Assembly: GCA_963760795.1 (NCBI GenBank)
Contig: CAVXEP010000004.1
Coordinates: 230,233 to 294,232, forward strand
Length of the DNA stretch: 64,000 nt
Direction: 5' to 3'
DNA from: an uncultured delta proteobacterium
GTDB lineage: Bacteria; Desulfobacterota; Binatia; UBA9968
A program made the position numbers and the translations under genes. Positions within the stretch are counted from its first letter, which is position 1, and every line of letters begins with the position of its first letter. The notes beneath the pieces are model-generated. The model saw nothing but the letters and a program-made list of their open reading frames with translations, did no database searches and had not been told where the DNA came from. This document shows positions 29,929-39,588 of this stretch, one piece after another.

Positions 29929-30212
29929 GCCACGAAGGCAAGAATGACACGACGGTTGCGCATAATTTAAGCTCCGAACTTCGTGATCTTCGTGTCCTCC
30001 TTTGAAAATACCTGTAAGGCGATGGTCTCCCACAATGAAGACGTCACCTGGGTTCCGTCATACCCGCGAAAGCGGGTATCCAGGCTAATTGGCCGCAGAC
30101 CAAACCTGGATTCCCGCGTGCGCGGGAATGACGAGTCGAGCAGATGGAAGGAGTTCCAGCCATTTTCATTCTCCGTGGGCGTGCGTGAGATCATGATTCA
30201 CTTCGTGGTGAA
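29929..30212 (+). mobile_element. Nested element copy 2 (insert 30001-30200)
   Basis: CTCC 29997-30000 / CTTC 30201-30204; internal REP doublet 30056-30134. Confidence 0.8.
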
Positions 30213-30258
30213 AGTTTTGGTCGAATCGGCACCCGCCTCACCTACGCAGGGATCTCAA

Positions 30259-30882
30259 TCATTTTCTACCAAGCCCGGCAATGAAACCGCTCTGATCGAG
30301 GCGGCGCACGAAGGAAGCATCGAAAATCGCAATGGTATCGGTTTGCTTGGCTTGGGGATACTGCAACGAAAGAATGTCCAACCCGCTGCGAATGACTTGC
30401 AGTAACGGTGGTCGGGAACCAACCCTAACTTTGCGCAAAACATATCTTATTACCGAATCGGAGATCGAACCGGCACGGCCGACGCCGATGGTTTTACCGC
30501 GCAGATCTTCAGGAGTTTTGATTTCCGGCTTCGAATAGATCGCGCCGCCGACTTTATTGATGAAGTTGGCGACGATCACTTGATCCTTGGCGCCGACGAT
30601 GTGCGAAGTCAGCGCGCCGCTGCCGGTGGCGATGACGATGGGCACGTCGCCGCTCATCAGTAACTGCTGCGGTCGCATCCGGTCGGCGTACACCGCTTTG
30701 AGATCGATGCCGTATTTCTTGCCGAGAGCATCCTCCACGGCGATCCACATGGGCGTGTAATGGCCGGAAAAGGAAGCGTAGCCGACGGTCACATTGTCCA
30801 AATGCGTTGCCGCACCGGCGCCCGCGACAGCGGTCCAGCACCAGCTGAGCACGGCTAAGACGGTGTGAACTCTCCGGCGCAT
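30259..30882 (-). pseudogene. NitT/TauT SBP with a large internal deletion
   Basis: Close paralog of 37356 and 38428, but jumps from YVLR.KLGLVPD straight to the C-terminal LQVIRSGLDILSLQYPQAK. Confidence 0.8.
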
Positions 30883-30911
30883 TATTACGCGCACCTCCGG
30901 CGGCAACAGTC

Positions 30912-32372
30912 TCAAGCTGTCAAAGATTCGCCCTTCGCGACCGGCTCCATGTAACGCTTGAATAAGCGCAGCGCCACTTGCGGCAGGGTCTCGGATAAGA
31001 GCCCGACGGCGTAAAGCAAATACGACGAATCTAAATAGATTTGCGGATCGCGCGGCCGCAGCGCCTGCGCGCCATGGGCATCGGTAACCGGACGCTGCGC
31101 CAGGATGTAACCGGCATGCGGATTGTGAACGAAGACGCCGCCGGTACCGATCAGGGTGCGCGTGTCGCGCATGTCTTTGCCAGAATGCACCCACGCCTCG
31201 CCTTCGCGCGCGACAACCCTTTCGCGCCGGCCGACATGGCGTTCGACGGCGAGGGTGACGGCGTTATTGGCGAGGACGGCATCCGCCGCTATGTGCCAAT
31301 TTTCCAACGGCACCTTGCCGGTTTCCTGGGTGATCTGCTCGATGTAATCACTCAACTGTGGCCCATCGACGCCGGTGTCCGAGAATTCATGACGCAAATC
31401 GTCAAGCAACTTTTCCAAGCCGACGCGGCCGACGATGGTTGCGGCGTTAAAACGAATCCCCAGATCGCCTTCGACGGTGCGCTTGGCATAGGACTCAGCC
31501 AACCCTTGATCGATGACGTTTTCACCTTGAGGTTGTCCGTAGCCGATGGAATGAACATCAGTGGTGGCGCCGCCGACGTCGACCACCAGCATATCGCCCC
31601 AGCCCTTTTCATCGGCCGCACCGTCGGCGCCGATGCGAACGCCTTGGAGCACCGCCATCGGTGTCGGCAAAACCACGGGAACCATGCCAGCGAGCCCATC
31701 GAGCCCCTTCGCTTGGGTGATCCGCGCCATGAAAATTTCCCGGATCGCCTCGCGCGCGGCTTCAACCGCAAGCGTGCCCGATCTCGGCATGACGTTGTCA
31801 ACGACGCGGACTTCTTTGCCGGCTTGCATCAGGACGGCGACGACTTCATCGGCCACGGCGCGATTGCCGGCAACGACAATCGGCACCGCAAGCGGCGCCC
31901 GCGCCAACAGCCGGGCATTGTGCAGAATGGTGTCGCCATCGCCGCCATCGACGCCGCCGGTGAGCAGGATCATATCCGGACTGAGCCCCGCCATTTGCGC
32001 GATTTTGTCGCCGTTGAGCTTGAATGCCGTGGAACCGACGATCTTGGCGCCGGCGCCGAGCGCCGCCTGGTTGGCCGCTTCGACGGTCAAACCGGGCACG
32101 TTGCCAATGACCACAATGCGCAACCCGCCGGCCGCGCTGCTCGACGCCAAAACCGTTTTGCCGGAGAGAATCGATAATGTCTTTGGGCGTTCGTCAAAGA
32201 GCGCATACCGCTCGTGCAGCAGCGTCAGCGCGCGCAGCAAGCCTTCGCGTACATCCGTCGATACGGTCGAAGGGGATTGGCTCCGGCCAACGACTTGGGC
32301 TTGAGTCAAATCGACAGCGGTAACCTTGGTAAAAGTACTGCCGAAATCGATGAGGATGGCGAGAGCACTCAA
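30912..32372 (-). CDS. glmL: Glutamate mutase accessory/reactivating protein GlmL (MutL)
   Basis: IDFGSTFTK, SSSAAGGL, GGVDGGD, PTPMAV, DVGGATTDVHS, KRTVEGDLG. Confidence 0.9.
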   Translation of the reverse strand: MSALAILIDFGSTFTKVTAVDLTQAQVVGRSQSPSTVSTDVREGLLRALTLLHERYALFDERPKTLSILSGKTVLASSSAAGGLRIVVIGNVPGLTVEAANQAALGAGAKIVGSTAFKLNGDKIAQMAGLSPDMILLTGGVDGGDGDTILHNARLLARAPLAVPIVVAGNRAVADEVVAVLMQAGKEVRVVDNVMPRSGTLAVEAAREAIREIFMARITQAKGLDGLAGMVPVVLPTPMAVLQGVRIGADGAADEKGWGDMLVVDVGGATTDVHSIGYGQPQGENVIDQGLAESYAKRTVEGDLGIRFNAATIVGRVGLEKLLDDLRHEFSDTGVDGPQLSDYIEQITQETGKVPLENWHIAADAVLANNAVTLAVERHVGRRERVVAREGEAWVHSGKDMRDTRTLIGTGGVFVHNPHAGYILAQRPVTDAHGAQALRPRDPQIYLDSSYLLYAVGLLSETLPQVALRLFKRYMEPVAKGESLTA

Positions 32373-32379
32373 GGCAAGT

Positions 32380-32450
32380 CAAAAGGTAAAGGTAAAAAGG
32401 CAAAAATTTATAACTGCAATTTTGCCTTTTTACTTTTTCCTTTTACCTTT
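32380..32450. repeat. ~7-bp-periodic AAAAGGT palindrome
   Basis: AAAAGGTAAAGGTAAAAAGGCAAAA ... TTTTGCCTTTTTACTTTTTCCTTTTACCTTT. Confidence 0.8.
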
Positions 32451-32452
32451 CT

Positions 32453-33493
32453 TCATTTCGCCGAGGCGATCATGCGGTAGAGATCCATGAGGCGCTTATC
32501 GCGCAGCGTGCTCTCGATATCGCGGTTCATCTCTTCGCCACGAATCAAATCGACTTCCAGGCCCAACTTCTCGGCCTCTTTGTTGAAGGCCTCGTCTTTG
32601 GTCATGACCGCAAATGCATCGCGCCAGACTTTCACCCGGTCCGCCGGCACCCCCGGCGGCAGAACCACCGAGCGGGCGAGATTTTGCCCGGCGTAGAGAG
32701 CGTTGAGCAGCCCTTTGCTGCCCGCCGGTGCGAGCTCTTCCATGGAAGCGACGTCCGGGATGCGCGGGTCGCGCCGTTTTTTCGACGTCGCCAACATTTT
32801 AATATAGCCGTTCTTGAGCCACTCACGCCGCGTCGCCATCAAAGAGCCGATACCCTGGGCGCGGCCATCGAGAGCGCCGCGCTCAATGTCGAGGAGAATC
32901 TGCGGCGTGCCGGGATAGCCGGGAATCACCGTGAAGTCCAAGCCGAAAATCTGCTCGGCGATTTTGACCACAACGTTGCTGGTATGATCGAGCGACTGGG
33001 CGCCCATCTTGGGCTGCTTGCCTTCGCGGTTGGCCTTTTTGACCAGCTCGAAGCTGGTGTAGGGCGTCGAAGTCTTTAGATAGAGAACCTGCGCGTCGTC
33101 AAACGCCTGGCCGACCCAGAGAAATTTTTGCAGATCGAACTTGATCGCCTCATTGGCTGTCGCCGTCGCGAACAACGCGCCGGTGTTGAGCGTGCTGATA
33201 CTCAGGCCATCGGGCTTTTTCAGATTGTAAAGTTCATTGGCCGCGATCATGCCGCCCGCTCCCGGTTTGTTGGCGATATCGATGCGCGGCTTGCCCGGCA
33301 ACCGGCGTTCGATATGGCGCGCGATCAACCGTGCCGTCAAATCCGTGCCACCGCCGGCCGACGAACCAACCAGGAAAGTAATCGTTTTGCCGTCTAAGAA
33401 GTTCTGCGCCTGAACGGTTGAAATTTCCAACAATGCCCCGAAAAGAAACAGCACAGATAGAATTCCAAAGTATTTATGATTCGTTGATCTCAT
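32453..33493 (-). CDS. Bug/TctC-like SBP
   Basis: GKTITFLVGSSAGGGTD, NKPGAGG, KPDGLS, GYPGT. Confidence 0.9.
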   Translation of the reverse strand: MRSTNHKYFGILSVLFLFGALLEISTVQAQNFLDGKTITFLVGSSAGGGTDLTARLIARHIERRLPGKPRIDIANKPGAGGMIAANELYNLKKPDGLSISTLNTGALFATATANEAIKFDLQKFLWVGQAFDDAQVLYLKTSTPYTSFELVKKANREGKQPKMGAQSLDHTSNVVVKIAEQIFGLDFTVIPGYPGTPQILLDIERGALDGRAQGIGSLMATRREWLKNGYIKMLATSKKRRDPRIPDVASMEELAPAGSKGLLNALYAGQNLARSVVLPPGVPADRVKVWRDAFAVMTKDEAFNKEAEKLGLEVDLIRGEEMNRDIESTLRDKRLMDLYRMIASAK

Positions 33494-33563
33494 TAAAATC
33501 TCACTCTTCTACCAACCGCGGATGCGAAGACCGATCCGAAACGATTTGAACGGGAGCGCAGCG

Positions 33564-34604
33564 CTAATATCCCCACCGCGCCTCAACCTTGCTCACGCGC
33601 TCATACTCCTCCGCCAGCTCTTTGCGACCGCGCAATTCCTTGAACGCCTCGTCGACTAAATCTTGCGCCGCGACCTCTTTGATCGGCGGGACATCATAAT
33701 TGAGTTCGCCGAGCCGTTCTTCTTCCTTGAGCATATCTTCGAAACCGGTCGCCCGGCCGTTCAGCGGGAAGGGCATGGCCTCGAGATCCCGCGGGCTTCT
33801 CAAATGCGTCACCACGCGTTCTTCAGGGTCCGGACTTTTCAGCCGCAGGCGCTTTTCCAGATTATTCACATATTCGAAGTTCTTCGGCATGTCTCGAATG
33901 AACCAATAGCTGCGAATCATGCCTCTGAGAAAACTCTTCACCAAGTCAGGCCGCTCTTCAAGGATGCGTCCGGTCGCGGCGATGATCCGCTCCGGGCGTC
34001 CGTCCGGATATTGATCGGCCGGCGAAACCAGCGCGTTGCAACCTTCCTTTTTGAGATCCTCCGCGTGCCAGGGCGATACTGGAGCGCATTCGACTTTGCC
34101 GCTGCGGATCGCGTCGACATGAAACCGACCGTTTACGCCGAGCCTCACCCATTCGACGTCACGCTCCAAATCCAAACCGGCCTTCTTGAGTTGTATCTGG
34201 ATCGCCCAATGGCGAATGCTGTTGAAGTCGCTGATACCGACGCGCTTTCCTTTCAAATCCTGCAGCGTCTTGATATGCGGCGGCGCCATCCACACGTTGG
34301 TGTGCTGGTTGCGCCAGCCGCAAAGAATGTATAGATCCGCGCCCCGCGCACGCTGATAGAAAACCGTGCGTGATTGCACGTCGAGCGCGATGTCGATAGA
34401 CTTCTCTTTCATCGCCTGCGAGATGCCGAGCTTTTCGAGGCCAAAAGGCACCATCGAATCGGTCAACATCTCATAACCCAGCGTTCCGTGCGGCGTTACC
34501 AGCCCCTCGTCGTAAAAGAAATTCATCTCGTGCGCCGTCATCACCGGCACCTGATGCAGCATATGATAACAAGTCGGAGCAATTCTTAGTTTTCCATCAA
34601 GCAT
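33564..34604 (-). CDS. NMT1/THI5-fold protein without signal peptide
   Basis: DLKGKRVGIS, GLDLERDVEW, PDLVKSFLRG; N-terminus has no hydrophobic segment. Confidence 0.8.
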   Translation of the reverse strand: MLDGKLRIAPTCYHMLHQVPVMTAHEMNFFYDEGLVTPHGTLGYEMLTDSMVPFGLEKLGISQAMKEKSIDIALDVQSRTVFYQRARGADLYILCGWRNQHTNVWMAPPHIKTLQDLKGKRVGISDFNSIRHWAIQIQLKKAGLDLERDVEWVRLGVNGRFHVDAIRSGKVECAPVSPWHAEDLKKEGCNALVSPADQYPDGRPERIIAATGRILEERPDLVKSFLRGMIRSYWFIRDMPKNFEYVNNLEKRLRLKSPDPEERVVTHLRSPRDLEAMPFPLNGRATGFEDMLKEEERLGELNYDVPPIKEVAAQDLVDEAFKELRGRKELAEEYERVSKVEARWGY

Positions 34605-34629
34605 TTTAGTTTCTCATTTCTAAATAATT

Positions 34630-35010
34630 TTAAACCAGAAAAAATCCTACCGCTAATAATGTCGCCAAGGCGAGAATTGCCGCCGCTTCCAGAGCCGTGC
34701 GCCACCATCCACCCGCCCGCACCTTACGCTTGACGCCCACACGGGACGAGCGATTCGGCCCGGGCGCAGCGCCATGCTGTTCGCGCAACAGCTCGATGGC
34801 CCGTTTAGCGTCACTGCGGTCGACCTGCACTTTGATACCGCCGGGGTGGTACCTGCCGCCGCTGGCTGGAACCGTCAGCCGTTCTTCGACGATGGCCCAC
34901 TCGATCCCCGCCGCTTCCAGCCGCGTCGCTACCTGGCGCGCTTCCTCGCGCCGGCGCACCGTGGCGATCGTCACACTACCGGTTTTCGCTGCATCCGTTG
35001 CCTTAGCCAT
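34630..35010 (-). CDS. Small membrane protein, DUF2007-like
   Basis: EARQVATRLEAAGI, GIKVQV...AKRAIELL, C-terminal TM helix. Confidence 0.7.
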   Translation of the reverse strand: MAKATDAAKTGSVTIATVRRREEARQVATRLEAAGIEWAIVEERLTVPASGGRYHPGGIKVQVDRSDAKRAIELLREQHGAAPGPNRSSRVGVKRKVRAGGWWRTALEAAAILALATLLAVGFFLV

Positions 35011-35025
35011 TGTCCACCCGCTCGG

Positions 35026-35392
35026 TTACTTACCGAAATATGTTCTATACTCTTCCAAATACTTTCGAAAGTTCGCCTGCAAAGCCGCCGCCGAAGTTGA
35101 GCACATCGACGAGATATTTTTTGGCGCGGTATTCCGTCGCCAAGCGTTGGAGCATCTTGTCGCTGTCGGCCTTGTACTGCTTCACTTTCAGAAACGGGTA
35201 TTTGGCCTCGAACATCTTCCAAATATATTGCGCCGTGTCCGTCCGCAAAGTGACGTAAGCCTCGATCTCGCCGCCTTCCTTCTTCGCCGCCTCGACGACC
35301 TTGGGATCGCTCGCCTGCGCCCCACAATAGTTCACAAATGAGACGAGAGACAGAATAACCGGCATCAAGCAACGAAACTTCAAGTATTCCAT
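35026..35392 (-). pseudogene. Solute-binding protein remnant (N-terminus joined out of frame to the C-terminal tail)
   Basis: VVEAAKKEGGEI...FEAKYPFLKV...VDV, then FRKYLEEYRTYFGK* in another frame. Confidence 0.75.
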
Positions 35393-35463
35393 CAGCATCT
35401 TCTTTCCCAATCCGAAACGATTTGAACGTTTTGAACTACTTGAACGGCTTGAACAAATCCTGT

Positions 35464-36339
35464 TTATTTCTTTTGATCGCGAAACGGCGCATCGCGAGTT
35501 GCAAAAAATGCCTTCCACCCACCCTGCTCGCGCGCCGCTTCCAACGGTTGATAAAATTCTTCCCGGCGCGACAACTGCGCCAGCGCCGACAGCTCGGCAT
35601 TGAGCGACCAGGCCTTGCCGAGACCCATCATCTCGTAACCCGAAGTGGCTTTCTGCAAATTGATCTTCACGGTGTCCGGCGGCACCAAAGCGATGCGCTC
35701 GACCAACCGGAAGCATTCGTCGAGCAGCTGATCTTTCGCCACGACTTTGTTGACCAGGCGCAAGCGCAGCGCTTCCTTGGCGTCGACACTATCGCCGGTG
35801 AGGCCATAGCGCAAAGCGTTCTTAAACTTCCCCAACACGGTCCAGATAAAATCCGTGCCGTCGCTATGGCGCACTTGCGGCTGGCCGAAGACGGCGTCAT
35901 CCGCGGCGATGGTCAGATGAGACGACAACGCCAGCCACGACGCCGAACCGAGACACCAACCGCTCACCGCGGCAATGATCGGCTTGGGAAACTGCCAGCG
36001 ATAGAGCTGCTCGTCGATCTTTTCCTGCCGCGCCCGGTCGCGCAGTCGATCATAAACATCCGCCAAGGCGCTGCCTTCGGCAATGCCATAGGGCCACGCC
36101 GGCTTGCCGGCTAGCGACTCGTTCATATCGTCGCCGCTGGAAAACAGCCCACCGGCACCGGTAATCACCACGGCACGAATCGCATCGTCGTCGCGCGCCA
36201 ACACCAACGCCGCCCGCAACTCGTCTTTCATCTGCCGGTTAAGCGCATTGCGCAGCGCCGGCCGGTTGAGCGTGATCAAAACGCCACGGCGCTGTTTCTC
36301 GAATAGAATCGTTTCGAAGTTGGTCACAATTTTTTTCAA
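35464..36339 (-). CDS. Enoyl-CoA hydratase/isomerase family
   Basis: ITLNRP, FSSGDDM, PKPIIAAVSGW. Confidence 0.92.
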   Translation of the reverse strand: MKKIVTNFETILFEKQRRGVLITLNRPALRNALNRQMKDELRAALVLARDDDAIRAVVITGAGGLFSSGDDMNESLAGKPAWPYGIAEGSALADVYDRLRDRARQEKIDEQLYRWQFPKPIIAAVSGWCLGSASWLALSSHLTIAADDAVFGQPQVRHSDGTDFIWTVLGKFKNALRYGLTGDSVDAKEALRLRLVNKVVAKDQLLDECFRLVERIALVPPDTVKINLQKATSGYEMMGLGKAWSLNAELSALAQLSRREEFYQPLEAAREQGGWKAFFATRDAPFRDQKK

Positions 36340-36344
36340 TCTCT

Positions 36345-36462
36345 CCGGGGTTCAAATCGTTCAAACAGATCAAATCGTTCAACCCGTAGGATAAACCACG
36401 CGACCGGCAACCTCCGAAAACGACTTGAACGGTTTGAACGTTTTGAACGGCTTGAACTCCGG
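36345..36462. repeat. 9-bp-periodic GTTCAA/TTGAAC palindrome
   Basis: GTTCAAATCGTTCAAACAGATCAAATCGTTCAA ... TTGAACGGTTTGAACGTTTTGAACGGCTTGAAC; solo arms at 33536, 35412, 56402. Confidence 0.85.
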
Positions 36463-36471
36463 TTCCCGTGT

Positions 36472-37350
36472 TTATTCCCGCCGCTTCGCGCGTGGCCCAA
36501 ACGGCTCCGGCTGAAACGGCCCATCGCGCATCTGCAAGTAAGCTTTGGTCCCTTCGGCCTTTCTTTTTTCATCGAGCGGACGGCGCAGTTCCTCTCGTAG
36601 TAATGTGTGCGCCGCCGCCGATAATTGCCCATCCATCGTCCAGGCGTCTTTGAAGCCCATCATCTGCATGCCCATGGTCGCCAATTGCAGATTGAGCTTC
36701 ACAGTCTCGGGCGGCACCAAGGCGATGCGCTCGACGATGGCGAAGCATTCGTCAAGCAGCCGGTCGGCCGGCACCACTTGATTGACCAAACCGATGCGCA
36801 GCGCTTCCTGGGCATCGATGTGATCGCCGGTGAGCGAGTAACGCAGCCCGTCTTTGAAGCCGGCGAGCAATGTCCAAATAAATCCCGTATTGGAGCCATG
36901 GCGCACTTCGGGCTGGGCGAACACGGCCTGCTCCGAGGCGATGGTGATATGGGTGAACAACGACATCCACGAGCCCACGCCCATGGCCCAGCCGTTGATC
37001 GCGCCGATGACCGGCTTGGGGCACTCGAAGATGCGCATGAAGATCGCTTCATGGCCGCGGTAATTGTCGATGAAGTCCGCCGCGCTCTCGCCGGCGCGCA
37101 CGCCGTAGGGCCAGTCCATGTCGCGCCGGTGCGCCGCCCCGCCGCCCTGGTCCATGCCGGTCGAGAAGCCCCGGCCGGCGCCGGTGAGGACGATGGCGCG
37201 CACTTGCGCATCGGCGACGGCATCGTCGAGCGCGGCGCCGAGCTTGTGCAACATCGGCCGGGTCGCCGCGTTCATCGCCGCCGGCCGATTAAGCGTGATC
37301 AGCACGCCCTGACGCTGCTTGTGATAAAGAATCTCGTCGCTGTCGGCCAT
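36472..37350 (-). CDS. Enoyl-CoA hydratase/isomerase family (paralog of the previous gene)
   Basis: ITLNRP, FSTGMDQ, PKPVIGAINGW, QPEVRHG. Confidence 0.92.
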   Translation of the reverse strand: MADSDEILYHKQRQGVLITLNRPAAMNAATRPMLHKLGAALDDAVADAQVRAIVLTGAGRGFSTGMDQGGGAAHRRDMDWPYGVRAGESAADFIDNYRGHEAIFMRIFECPKPVIGAINGWAMGVGSWMSLFTHITIASEQAVFAQPEVRHGSNTGFIWTLLAGFKDGLRYSLTGDHIDAQEALRIGLVNQVVPADRLLDECFAIVERIALVPPETVKLNLQLATMGMQMMGFKDAWTMDGQLSAAAHTLLREELRRPLDEKRKAEGTKAYLQMRDGPFQPEPFGPRAKRRE

Positions 37351-37355
37351 AGCGT

Positions 37356-38399
37356 TTACTTCTTTTGCAGCGCCCGGATGAAGCCGCTGTCTTCGATCTT
37401 CTTCATAAACATTGGTTCGACGATGGGATTCGGGTCGGTCTGTTTGGCTTGCGGATATTGCAGCGCCAACATCTCCAGCGCCACTTTCACCGACTGGAGG
37501 GTCGGATGGGGCGCATCTTCCAACGTCGCGCGGGTATGCTGGTAGGTGGCTTCGAGGATCTCATCGTCGGCGCCCTTCATGTAGCGCTTAAAGGCAGCCA
37601 AGGTTTTCGCCTTGTTGGTCTTGAAGACATAAATACCCTCGACGATGGTCTTTAAGAAGCGCTCGATCAAGTCCGGGCTCTTCACCACCGTTTGACGCAG
37701 CACCACCACGCTGGTGTAGGGATATTCGACGCCCAACTTGTCGAAACTGGCCAATTCCCTGAAACCCGCTTTGCGCGCGACAAACATATGCGGGCTCGAC
37801 ATCGCCGCCGCTTCGACCACTCCGCGCTCCAGGGCCTGCAAACCGAGGGCTGGCTCGCCGGTGGGCAACAGTTTCACATCGCGGTCCGGCATCAGATTGA
37901 ATTTGCTCCGCAGCACGTAGCGCACCGTCGCGTCCAAGAACGCCCCGGGCCGGCCGGTGGCGATGGTCTTGCCTTTGAGATCCTCGATGCTTTTGATATC
38001 GCTGCGGGCGAATATCGACGTGCCGACTTTGTTGGTGATCGTCGCCACCAGCACATGATCTTTCACGCCGAGAATATGCGAGGTAATCGTCCCGGTCGCG
38101 GTGGCCAGCACGATCGGCACTTCCCCGGTGGCGAGCAACTGCTGCGGCCGAATCCGCCCGGCGTAGATCGCTTTCAAATCCAAACCATATTTAGCGCCGA
38201 GGTTCTCTTCGACCGCCACCCAGAGCGGCGCATAGGTGCCGGTAAAATTGGAGTAAGCGACGGTGAGGGTTTCTAACTTGGTCGCCGCCGAAACCATCGA
38301 GACCGGCGCCAGCCATACCGGCAACAGTGCGATGGCGATTGCGACGCAGCGAAGTCGGTTCTTTGCTCTGACCGTCATAGATAACACCGCCGTATTCAC
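37356..38399 (-). CDS. ABC transporter SBP, NitT/TauT family
   Basis: DLKGKTIATGRPG, PDRDVKLL. Confidence 0.9.
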   Translation of the reverse strand: MNTAVLSMTVRAKNRLRCVAIAIALLPVWLAPVSMVSAATKLETLTVAYSNFTGTYAPLWVAVEENLGAKYGLDLKAIYAGRIRPQQLLATGEVPIVLATATGTITSHILGVKDHVLVATITNKVGTSIFARSDIKSIEDLKGKTIATGRPGAFLDATVRYVLRSKFNLMPDRDVKLLPTGEPALGLQALERGVVEAAAMSSPHMFVARKAGFRELASFDKLGVEYPYTSVVVLRQTVVKSPDLIERFLKTIVEGIYVFKTNKAKTLAAFKRYMKGADDEILEATYQHTRATLEDAPHPTLQSVKVALEMLALQYPQAKQTDPNPIVEPMFMKKIEDSGFIRALQKK

Positions 38400-38427
38400 C
38401 GCGACTCAGCCATCGTGTATCCCATCG

Positions 38428-39423
38428 TCATTTATTTTTATAGAGCGCGCGAATGAAGCCGCTCTGCTCGATGCGTTTCATGATCGTGGTGTCGATGATC
38501 AAGCTCGCATCGGTTTCCTTCGCCTTGGGATATTCATAGGATAAAATTTCCAGCGCCGCCTTGATGATTTCTAACGACGGGGTCGGCACCTCTTCGGTTA
38601 CGCTCTTCGTGTAACGATAGGTTTCTTCCAAGATATCGTCGCTGGTTCCGCGCATGTATTTCTTCATCACCGCCAAACTTTTCTCCCGCTCGGTTTCGGC
38701 GATATGACTTCCTTCGATGAGCGTTTTTAGCACCCGCTCGGTTAGATCGGGATTTTTCACCACCGTCTGGCGCAGCACGGTGACGGTGTTGTACGGATAA
38801 ACGACCCCTGCTTGGTCGTAGTCGATCAGCTCCCGGTAGCCCATTTTCTTGGCGATCAAGGTAAACGGCATGGTCAGCGACGCCGCCTGGACGACGCCGC
38901 GCTCCAGCGCCGGGAAAGCCAACTGCGCTTCGCCGATCGGCAGCAGCTTTACATCGCGATCCGGCACCAGCCCAAGCTTCGCCCGCAAAACATAGCGGAC
39001 CATGGTATCGCCGAAGGCGCCGGGGCGGCCGGTGGCGATGGTTTTACCGCGCAGATCCTCGGCCCGTTTGATCTCCGGTCTGCTGAAAATCGCCGAATTA
39101 ACCTTGTTGATCGTGACCAAGATGATCGCTTGGTCCTTGACGCCGAGAATATGCGAAGTGAGAGCGCCGGTGCCTGAAGCCATGACAAAGGGCACGTCAT
39201 TACTTGCCAGGAGCTGTTGCGGTCTGATTCGGCCGGCATAAATCGCCCGCAGATCGAGACCGTATTTAGCGCCCAAACGTTCTTCAATGGCAATCCAGAG
39301 CGGCAGATAGGCGCCGGAAAAGGTCGAGTAGCCGATGGTGACCGGCTCGAGCGCAGCCGCAAAAGCGACCGGCGTGAGTCCAAGCCAGCCGCAGCAAATT
39401 AGCCATATGACAACTGCTTTCAT
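38428..39423 (-). CDS. ABC transporter SBP, NitT/TauT family (tandem paralog)
   Basis: Shares YAGRIRPQQLLA and TSHILGVKD with 37356. Confidence 0.9.
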   Translation of the reverse strand: MKAVVIWLICCGWLGLTPVAFAAALEPVTIGYSTFSGAYLPLWIAIEERLGAKYGLDLRAIYAGRIRPQQLLASNDVPFVMASGTGALTSHILGVKDQAIILVTINKVNSAIFSRPEIKRAEDLRGKTIATGRPGAFGDTMVRYVLRAKLGLVPDRDVKLLPIGEAQLAFPALERGVVQAASLTMPFTLIAKKMGYRELIDYDQAGVVYPYNTVTVLRQTVVKNPDLTERVLKTLIEGSHIAETEREKSLAVMKKYMRGTSDDILEETYRYTKSVTEEVPTPSLEIIKAALEILSYEYPKAKETDASLIIDTTIMKRIEQSGFIRALYKNK

Positions 39424-39588
39424 CGCATCGATATTTCCTCAGATTGGGTTATCCCAGGGAGTCACCGCGAGTCAACAGCTAACAGCGATCGTCAAGATTA
39501 TTACCCTGGCGATCAATCGCCGCAGCGGAGTTCCAATCCCGCGGTGCACCGAATTCGCGTCTTCGGAAAACAGCCAGCGTTGCCGTCC

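Noticed and set aside
32373-32452. Cobalamin riboswitch upstream of glmL
   Set aside because: The 80-bp gap is fully occupied by an A/T-rich periodic palindrome; no B12-box is visible
36345-36462. Periodic repeats as a CRISPR array or plasmid iterons
   Set aside because: Units are 7-9 bp without unique spacers and are arranged as inverted arms; no rep gene
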